This document shows positions 1 to 10,170 of a DNA stretch of 11,417 bases, in pieces. Positions within the stretch are counted from its first letter, which is position 1, and each line of letters opens with the position of its first letter. Source of the DNA: Eledone cirrhosa. Lineage: Eukaryota. The translations under genes and the position numbers were made by a program. Below the pieces are notes generated by a model. It saw only the letters and a program-made list of their open reading frames with translations, was not told where the DNA came from and ran no database searches. The stretch is taken from the NCBI GenBank assembly GCA_964016885.1, contig CAXHJY010000124.1:1-11417 (forward strand). Reading direction: 5' to 3'.

Positions 1-1069
<1,069 letters not shown>

Positions 1070-1193
1070 TGAATATAGACATAGAATATTCGAAAATATT
1101 CTGTATGTTTATAATAAACATTTTGAAGACCTAATCGCTATAGAATAGAATACGTCACGTATTACAATTAGATTCTCGATAAAAGCAAGGGAA

Positions 1194-1236
1194 GTAATCT
1201 ACACGTTTCATTCTTGTTAGAAATCTTCAGGACTAC
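1194..1236 (-). ncRNA. Type I hammerhead ribozyme motif (first of 13 minus-strand copies, at 1194 + n x 310)
   Basis: Minus strand reads GUAGUC-CUGAAGA-U-UUCU-AACA-AGAA-U-GAAAC-GU-GUA^GAUUAC. Stem I is GUAGUC/GAUUAC, core boxes CUGANGA and GAAA are present, stem II is UUCU/AGAA, and the cleavage triplet is GUA (cut between 1200 and 1199). A perfect 16-bp helix (1172-1187/1245-1260) extends stem I. Confidence 0.88.
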
Positions 1237-4200
1237 ATATCCAGTGCTTTTATCGAGAATGACACAGCTAGAGACTTATAGAATACTTAGCTGTGTACAG
1301 GAACTGGTTTGAAAGAGCGGTTGCCGGTCCGGCAGAAATTAGAAATTGGAATAAATGCTCTGAAATAGCGATATATATGTGAATATAGACATAGAATATT
1401 CGAAAATATTCTGTATGTTTATAATAAACATTTTGAAGACCTAATCGCTATAGAATAGAATACGTCACGTATTACAATTAGATTCTCGATAAAAGCAAGG
1501 GAAGTAATCTACACGTTTCATTCTTGTTAGAAATCTTCAGGACTACATATCCAGTGCTTTTATCGAGAATGACACAGCTAGAGACTTATAGAATACTTAG
1601 CTGTGTACAGGAACTGGTTTGAAAGAGCGGTTGCCGGTCCGGCAGAAATTAGAAATTGGAATAAATGCTCTGAAATAGCGATATATATGTGAATATAGAC
1701 ATAGAATATTCGAAAATATTCTGTATGTTTATAATAAACATTTTGAAGACCTAATCGCTATAGAATAGAATACGTCACGTATTACAATTAGATTCTCGAT
1801 AAAAGCAAGGGAAGTAATCTACACGTTTCATTCTTGTTAGAAATCTTCAGGACTACATATCCAGTGCTTTTATCGAGAATGACACAGCTAGAGACTTATA
1901 GAATACTTAGCTCTGTACAGGAACTGGTTTGAAAGAGCGGTTGCCGGTCCGGCAGAAATTAGAAATTGGAATAAATGCTCTGAAATAGCGATATATATGT
2001 GAATATAGACATAGAATATTCGAAAATATTCTGTATGTTTATAATAAACATTTTGAAGACCTAATCGCTATAGAATAGAATACGTCACGTATTACAATTA
2101 GATTCTCGATAAAAGCAAGGGAAGTAATCTACACGTTTCATTCTTGTTAGAAATCTTCAGGACTACATATCCAGTGCTTTTATCGAGAATGACACAGCTA
2201 GAGACTTATAGAATACTTAGCTGTGTACAGGAACTGGTTTGAAAGAGCGGTTGCCGGTCCGGCAGAAATTAGAAATTGGAATAAATGCTCTGAAATAGCG
2301 ATATATATGTGAATATAGACATAGAATATTCGAAAATATTCTGTATGTTTATAATAAACATTTTGAAGACCTAATCGCTATAGAATAGAATACGTCACGT
2401 ATTACAATTAGATTCTCGATAAAAGCAAGGGAAGTAATCTACACGTTTCATTCTTGTTAGAAATCTTCAGGACTACATATCCAGTGCTTTTATCGAGAAT
2501 GACACAGCTAGAGACTTATAGAATACTTAGCTGTGTACAGGAACTGGTTTGAAAGAGCGGTTGCCGGTCCGGCAGAAATTAGAAATTGGAATAAATGCTC
2601 TGAAATAGCGATATATATGTGAATATAGACATAGAATATTCGAAAATATTCTGTATGTTTATAATAAACATTTTGAAGACCTAATCGCTATAGAATAGAA
2701 TACGTCACGTATTACAATTAGATTCTCGATAAAAGCAAGGGAAGTAATCTACACGTTTCATTCTTGTTAGAAATCTTCAGGACTACATATCCAGTGCTTT
2801 TATCGAGAATGACACAGCTAGAGACTTATAGAATACTTAGCTGTGTACAGGAACTGGTTTGAAAGAGCGGTTGCCGGTCCGGCAGAAATTAGAAATTGGA
2901 ATAAATGCTCTGAAATAGCGATATATATGTGAATATAGACATAGAATATTCGAAAATATTCTGTATGTTTATAATAAACATTTTGAAGACCTAATCGCTA
3001 TAGAATAGAATACGTCACGTATTACAATTAGATTCTCGATAAAAGCAAGGGAAGTAATCTACACGTTTCATTCTTGTTAGAAATCTTCAGGACTACATAT
3101 CCAGTGCTTTTATCGAGAATGACACAGCTAGAGACTTATAGAATACTTAGCTGTGTACAGGAACTGGTTTGAAAGAGCGGTTGCCGGTCCGGCAGAAATT
3201 AGAAATTGGAATAAATGCTCTGAAATAGCGATATATATGTGAATATAGACATAGAATATTCGAAAATATTCTGTATGTTTATAATAAACATTTTGAAGAC
3301 CTAATCGCTATAGAATAGAATACGTCACGTATTACAATTAGATTCTCGATAAAAGCAAGGGAAGTAATCTACACGTTTCATTCTTGTTAGAAATCTTCAG
3401 GACTACATATCCAGTGCTTTTATCGAGAATGACACAGCTAGAGACTTATAGAATACTTAGCTGTGTACAGGAACTGGTTTGAAAGAGCGGTTGCCGGTCC
3501 GGCAGAAATTAGAAATTGGAATAAATGCTCTGAAATAGCGATATATATGTGAATATAGACATAGAATATTCGAAAATATTCTGTATGTTTATAATAAACA
3601 TTTTGAAGACCTAATCGCTATAGAATAGAATACGTCACGTATTACAATTAGATTCTCGATAAAAGCAAGGGAAGTAATCTACACGTTTCATTCTTGTTAG
3701 AAATCTTCAGGACTACATATCCAGTGCTTTTATCGAGAATGACACAGCTAGAGACTTATAGAATACTTAGCTCTGTACAGGAACTGGTTTGAAAGAGCGG
3801 TTGCCGGTCCGGCAGAAATTAGAAATTGGAATAAATGCTCTGAAATAGCGATATATATGTGAATATAGACATAGAATATTCGAAAATATTCTGTATGTTT
3901 ATAATAAACATTTTGAAGACCTAATCGCTATAGAATAGAATACGTCACGTATTACAATTAGATTCTCGATAAAAGCAAGGGAAGTAATCTACACGTTTCA
4001 TTCTTGTTAGAAATCTTCAGGACTACATATCCAGTGCTTTTATCGAGAATGACACAGCTAGAGACTTATAGAATACTTAGCTGTGTACAGGAACTGGTTT
4101 GAAAGAGCGGTTGCCGGTCCGGCAGAAATTAGAAATTGGAATAAATGCTCTGAAATAGCGATATATATGTGAATATAGACATAGAATATTCGAAAATATT

Positions 4201-4913
4201 CTGTATGTTTATAATAAACATTTTGAAGACCTAATCGCTATAGAATAGAATACGTCACGTATTACAATTAGATTCTCGATAAAAGCAAGGGAAGTAATCT
4301 ACACGTTTCATTCTTGTTAGAAATCTTCAGGACTACATATCCAGTGCTTTTATCGAGAATGACACAGCTAGAGACTTATAGAATACTTAGCTGTGTACAG
4401 GAACTGGTTTGAAAGAGCGGTTGCCGGTCCGGCAGAAATTAGAAATTGGAATAAATGCTCTGAAATATCGATATATATGTGAATATAGACATAGAATATT
4501 CGAAAATATTCTGTATGTTTATAATAAACATTTTGAAGACCTAATCGCTATAGAATAGAATACGTCACGTATTACAATTAGATTCTCGATAAAAGCAAGG
4601 GAAGTAATCTACACGTTTCATTCTTGTTAGAAATCTTCAGGACTACATATCCAGTGCTTTTATCGAGAATGACACAGCTAGAGACTTATAGAATACTTAG
4701 CTGTGTACAGGAACTGGTTTGAAAGAGCGGTTGCCGGTCCGGCAGAAATTAGAAATTGGAATAAATGCTCTGAAATAGCGATATATATGTGAATATAGAC
4801 ATAGAATATTCGAAAATATTCTGTATGTTTATAATAAACATTTTGAAGACCTAATCGCTATAGAATAGAATACGTCACGTATTACAATTAGATTCTCGAT
4901 AAAAGCAAGGGAA

Positions 4914-4956
4914 GTAATCTACACGTTTCATTCTTGTTAGAAATCTTCAGGACTAC
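4914..4956 (-). ncRNA. Type I hammerhead ribozyme motif (13th and last minus-strand copy)
   Basis: Identical to 1194-1236. The intervening copies start at 1504, 1814, 2124, 2434, 2744, 3054, 3364, 3674, 3984, 4294 and 4604. Confidence 0.88.
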
Positions 4957-5216
4957 ATATCCAGTGCTTTTATCGAGAATGACACAGCTAGAGACTTATA
5001 GAATACTTAGCTGTGTACAGGAACTGGTTTGAAAGAGCGGTTGCCGGTCCGGCAGAAATTAGAAATTGGAATAAATGCTCTGAAATAGCGATATATATGT
5101 GAATATAGACATAGAATATTCGAAAATATTCTGTATGTTTATAATAAACATTTTGAAGACCTAATCGCTATAGAATAGAATACGTCACGTATTACAATTA
5201 GATTCTCGATAAAAGC

Positions 5217-5449
5217 ATTCTCGATAAAAGCACTGGATATGTAGTCCTGAAGATTTCTAACAAGAATGAAACGTGTAGATTACTTCCCTTGCTTTTATCG
5301 AGAATCTAATTGTAATACGTGACGTATTCTATTCTATAGCGATTAGGTCTTCAAAATGTTTATTATAAACATACAGAATATTTTCGAATATTCTATGTCT
5401 ATATTCACATATATATCGCTATTTCAGAGCATTTATTCCAATTTCTAAT
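5217..5449 (+). repeat. Inverted partial copy (233 bp) of the 310-bp unit
   Basis: 5217-5407 is the reverse complement of 1070-1260. 5408-5449 continues into the neighbouring unit sequence before (AT)n resumes. Confidence 0.97.
5241..5283 (+). ncRNA. Type I hammerhead ribozyme motif in the inverted copy
   Basis: GTAGTC 5241-5246, CTGAAGA 5247-5253, stem-loop II 5254-5267, GAAAC 5268-5272, GT, GTA 5275-5277 (cleavage after 5277), GATTAC 5278-5283. Confidence 0.88.
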
Positions 5450-6642
<1,193 letters not shown>

Positions 6643-6643
<1 letters not shown>

Positions 6644-8535
6644 CATCATCATCATCATCATCATCAACGTTTAACGTCCGTGTTCCACGCTTGCATGGGT
6701 TTGGACGGGGGTAGTCCCACTTGAGGCAAGAGTGATTGTCTTGCTCGCATAGGACTGTCTGGCAGGTTTTCTACAGTTGGATGCCCTTCCTAACACCAAC
6801 CACATTTACAGTGTGGGTCTGGGAGGTTTTTACCGTGTTGCCTACACGGCCACATTACAGCGTGGACTGTGTGTTTTTTTGTCGTGACACCTACACGATC
6901 TCATTTGTTTCGGCCTCGATGGCGCGGCACCAACATAACTTTACATAGAACGGGGTGGTGTGGATCGGGTGGGGGTGGGGGTGGTGGGACGGGGTGTATT
7001 TTGTTAGAGATGCCTACTGGCTGGAGTAGGTTTTACTATATATTTAGGTAAGGCGGGTCTTCTCTGTTACTGAGTACCGCCAAAGGTCTCGGTCCAGTGA
7101 CATTGTCTTGGAGAGGTGTAAGTGTGTGATGTCGGAGTTTATCAGCTCGTCCCAGGTTTTTCTAGGTCTGCCTATTCCGTGACTACCGTCTATCTTTATT
7201 GCCCTGCACTTTGTTATACAGCTATCGACTTTCATGCGCATCACGTGTCCATACCAACGTAGCCTTCTCTCGAGTAAACAACATCTGATCCCTCTTATCT
7301 CTAATTTATTCCTTAGTTCGTTTATGCTTTGCCGTTCACGTATATTACTGTTACACATCCAGCGGAGCATGCAAGCTTCGTTCCTCTCTAGTCTGCGTAT
7401 ATCCTCTGCACACAATGCCCAGGTCTCACTGCCATGCAGCATTGCTGCTCGTATGCAGGCATCGTACAACCTGCCTTTCATTTTTAGTGAGAACCCTTTA
7501 GCAGCTAATAGTGGTATAAGCTCTCTGAACTTTTTCCAACCAGTTCTGACTCTAGCTACAGTACTTTCAGAGCACCCTCCCCCACTGCTGATTTTATCGC
7601 CCAGGTAACGGAAGCTGTCCACTATTTCTATAGAACCCTCTGCGCAATTGAAAGAGCTAGTAGTTTGTGGGCACTTGCTGCTACTTATTGCACCAGAGCA
7701 CCGGCCACATGTAAAATCTATGTTCTTAGTTAGCTTACCTGTGATCCCACTACATCTTTTATGCACCCATACTTTGCATTTAGGACATAAAATGGAGTTT
7801 CTACCTACGCCTTTCCTACACACCGAGCACGACCATTTCCCAGAAGGGACCGCCGCCTTGTTTTCTTTCCTACAAACTAGTACTTTGGTCTTAGCCAGGT
7901 TAGTTTTAAGTCCTTTTGACTCTAGGCCGTGCTTCCATGTTTGGAATTTCTTCTCTAGCTCGGCCATTGATTCCGCTATGAGTGTCAGGTCGTCTGCGTA
8001 TAGGAGTTCCCATGGGCAGCCTGTCTTGAACTCCTCTGTTATAGCCTGAAGGGCAATAATAAATAGTAGTGGACTGAGAACAGAGCCCTGATGGACGCCG
8101 ACTTTTACGCTAAACTCTTCACTATATTCGTTGTTAATTCTAACCTTGCTGACTGTTTCTTTATACATGGCTTGTATAGCCCTCACAAGCCATTCGTCAA
8201 CGCCTAGTTTTCTAAGAGCCCACCAGATAATGGAGCGGGGGACTCTGTCGAAGGCTTTCTCCAAGTCGACAAAAGCTAAGTAGAGGGGTTTACCTTTAGC
8301 TAGGTACTTCTCCTGTAGTTGTCGTACTATGAAAAGAGCGTCTGTGGTACTTTTGCCTGACACAAACCCGAACTGCATTTCATCTAGGTCAATTCTCTCT
8401 CTGATTAGTTGCGCTATTACTCTTTCCGTGACCTTCATGACCTGGTCGATTAATTTAATGCCTCTATAGTTACTCCTATCTAGGGCGTCTCCTTTACCCT
8501 TATAACAGTTAACGATGATGCTGCTATGCCAGTCC
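6643..8535 (-). mobile_element. 5'-truncated RTE-clade non-LTR retrotransposon (RT + C-terminal domain + 3' UTR + (TGA)8 tail)
   Basis: RT ORF at 7044-8537, 3' UTR at 6667-7043, and (TCA)8 at 6643-6666 is the minus-strand (TGA)n tail. (AT)n lies on both sides. The C-terminal [11 protein letters not shown]...GRPRKTW motifs are typical of RTE. Confidence 0.93.
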
Positions 8536-8536
8536 A

Positions 8537-8537
<1 letters not shown>
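7044..8537 (-). CDS. LINE reverse transcriptase, N-terminally truncated (no APE endonuclease), with internal PHD finger; 497 aa from the junction ATG
   Basis: Motifs [51 protein letters not shown] (7989-8000), FRYLG. There is no stop until TAA at 7044-7046. The ORF-track extension to 8741 is microsatellite. Confidence 0.9.
7698..7829 (-). other. PHD-type (C4HC3) zinc finger coded inside the RT domain
   Basis: CSVC-x10-CPKC-x4-HKRC-x14-CGRC, lying between the KTKVL and FRYLG RT motifs. Confidence 0.85.
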
Positions 8538-8586
<49 letters not shown>

Positions 8587-8725
8587 CACATATATATACA
8601 CATATACATATATATATATACACATATATATACACATATATATATACATATATATACATACATATATATACATATATATACATATACATACATATATATA
8701 TACATATATATACATATATATATAC

Positions 8726-8797
<72 letters not shown>
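8536..8797. repeat. (AT)n/(AC) microsatellite separating the two LINE fragments
   Basis: Direct reading. Confidence 0.99.
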
Positions 8798-8801
<4 letters not shown>

Positions 8802-9268
8802 GCTTCTCCCTCAGAATGAAAGGCAGACTGTATGATGCGTGTATCCGAACAGCGATGTTGCATGGTAGTGAGACCTGGGCGCTGAAGGTGGAAGACTTAC
8901 GTAGATTAGAGAGAAACGAAGCCTGCATGCTCCAGTGGATGTGTACACGTAGTAATATACGCGAACGACAAAGCATAAATGAATTGAGAGAGAGACTGAG
9001 CATAAGAGGAATCAAATGCTGCGTGCAGGAGAGGCGGTTACGCTGGTATGGACATGTGATGCGTATGAAGGATGACAGCTGCATAAAAAGGTGCAGAGCA
9101 CTAGAAGTTGATGGAAACCGCGGAGTGGGGAGACCCAAGATGACTTGGGATGAGGTGATAAAAGCCGACCTTACCCAACTACACCTCTCAAAGTCAATGA
9201 CACACGACCGTGACTTCTGGCGTCACGCAGTAATACAGGGTACCCGACCTCCCATGGGTACATGCTGA
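8798..9268 (+). pseudogene. C-terminal fragment of RTE ORF (post-RT region)
   Basis: The frame is open from the truncation point to TGA at 9266-9268 and contains [19 protein letters not shown] and GRPKMTW. It lacks the RT catalytic core. Confidence 0.88.
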
Positions 9269-9571
9269 AGCATATAAACAATATGCCCCCCCCCCCCACC
9301 GCAAGGTGGTCGTGGAGGTGCCACGGCAAAAAAGCACCCAGCCCACACTGTAAAGTGGACGTGTAGGCGCCACGAAAAAGCACCCAGCACTCACTGTAAA
9401 TGAGGTTGGTGTTAGGAAGGGCATCCAGCTGTAGAAATCAAGCCAGATCAGTTCCTGTATGAGCAAGGCATGGTCAGCCGACCAGACACTGCCCACAACA
9501 GGACAACCCGTCTAACCCATGCTAGCGTGGAAGAACGGACGTAAAACGGTGATGATGATGATGATGATGAT
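8798..9571 (+). mobile_element. Heavily 5'-truncated RTE-clade LINE of a related subfamily (C-terminal coding part, 3' UTR, (TGA)7 tail)
   Basis: The translation [17 protein letters not shown]... aligns with the C-terminus of the minus-strand ORF. The 3' UTRs share motifs (GGTTGGTGTTAGGAAGGGCATCCA; ACCCATGC..GCGTGGAA..ACGGACGT). The tail is at 9550-9570. Confidence 0.93.
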
Positions 9572-9788
9572 ATAAGTATGTGTATTTTGTATTATCTAGT
9601 GATATACAGTAGGTTTACGAATAAACATTTTGAAAGCCTTCAACTATGAATTTGGTAGCTGATGACATAATGCCATCTAGCAGAAGCAAAGGTTGAGTAA
9701 CTGACAACGCCATTTCTGACTCAGGTCATTATCAAGACAGTGCTCCCTTACCATGCTCTTTGCTAGAACTCAATATAGGCAAAAATAT

Positions 9789-9849
9789 ATAGTTTTGACA
9801 CCTATGTACATGAGGCTAATCAGCCCATGTACACAGGTGTCAAAACTAT
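9789..9849. repeat. Near-perfect inverted repeat (27 bp paired, 4-nt loop)
   Basis: ATAGTTTTGACACCT-a-TGTACATG-a-GGCT [AATC] AGCC-CATGTACA-c-AGGTGTCAAAACTAT. Confidence 0.92.
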
Positions 9850-10087
9850 TTGCAGTATTAACATAAAGACTTCAATTTTATATGTTCTGGCTCTGGGGTT
9901 GATGCAGTACAAAGTGTTAAGAATTAAGAATTAGCCTGATCTGTGAGAACCTGTCCAACAATTACTAGCAGGGGAAAATGGGCATTAAATGCTGATACAA
10001 ATTAAAACACAAAATTGTCATTTAAATGGTAACAATACAATGTAAAAAGGACTCTTCAGTCATGTTGAAGGTGAGATAGCCTCTTTA

Positions 10088-10170
10088 GTGTTGATGCCAT
10101 AATAAGTGCACCCAGTACACTCTGCAAAGTGGTTGGTGTTAGGAAGCATCCAGCCATAGACATCATGCCA
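10088..10170 (+). mobile_element. Degraded SINE/RTE-3'-UTR-related fragment
   Basis: GCACCCAGTACACTCTGCAAAGTGGTTGGTGTTAGGAAGCATCCAGCCATAGA matches 9380-9435. A second partial copy (TGCACCCAGTA) lies at 10243-10253. Confidence 0.7.

Larger units (their letters stand above)
1070..5217. repeat. Tandem array of 310-bp units (13 full units plus a 117-bp partial)
   Basis: GAATATAGACATAG recurs at 1071, 1381, 1691, 2001, 2311, 2621, 2931, 3241, 3551, 3861, 4171, 4481, 4791 and 5101. I saw only three substitutions by eye (1913, 3773, 4468). Confidence 0.99.
1070..5449 (-). mobile_element. Non-autonomous hammerhead-ribozyme retroelement (non-LTR retrozyme / Penelope-like pseudo-LTR array with inverted terminal copy) inserted in (AT)n
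   Basis: Non-coding 310-bp tandem units with one hammerhead motif each. A partial inverted copy sits at the 5' end of the ribozyme strand. (AT)n flanks both sides. Tandem plus inverted hammerhead-bearing repeats are the established Penelope-like architecture. Confidence 0.8.

Noticed and set aside
1261-1380. Second, opposite-polarity ribozyme in the unit (ambisense viroid-like)
   Set aside because: There is no CUGANGA/GAAA pair on the plus strand. GCCGGTCC recalls twister ribozymes, but the rest of that motif is missing.
1070-5217. CRISPR array or coding tandem repeat
   Set aside because: The units are wholly identical with no unique spacers, there are no cas genes and the context is eukaryotic. 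The ORF track shows no ORF across units, so a rolling-circle ORF is also unsupported.
1070-5407. DNA transposon/foldback element defined by 191-bp terminal inverted repeats
   Set aside because: The inverted repeat is just a flipped piece of the internal unit and overruns by 42 nt on one side. The hammerheads favour an RNA-based Penelope-like origin.
6952-6996. G-quadruplex-capable G-run cluster
   Set aside because: It is the antisense of a C-rich patch in the LINE 3' UTR (compare 9286-9300). Nothing beyond composition supports a function.
7234-8049. Plus-strand ORFs of 124 and 133 aa
   Set aside because: They are antisense shadows of the RT ORF with no recognisable motifs.
7044-8537. The neighbouring RTE RT as the dedicated mobiliser of the hammerhead array
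   Set aside because: The array shares neither the RTE 3' stem-loop nor the (TGA)n tail, and its inverted-end structure is Penelope-like. Adjacency is better explained by a shared (AT)n target.
7044-9571. Single LINE insertion inverted by twin priming
   Set aside because: The two pieces overlap in content, each has its own 3' UTR and tail, and they differ at many nucleotide and amino-acid positions. They are independent insertions of different subfamilies.
9659-10059. Hammerhead-like heptamers CTGATGA (plus, about 9659) and CTGAAGA (minus, 10053-10059)
   Set aside because: Neither has a stem II followed by GAAA and an NUH site at suitable spacing.
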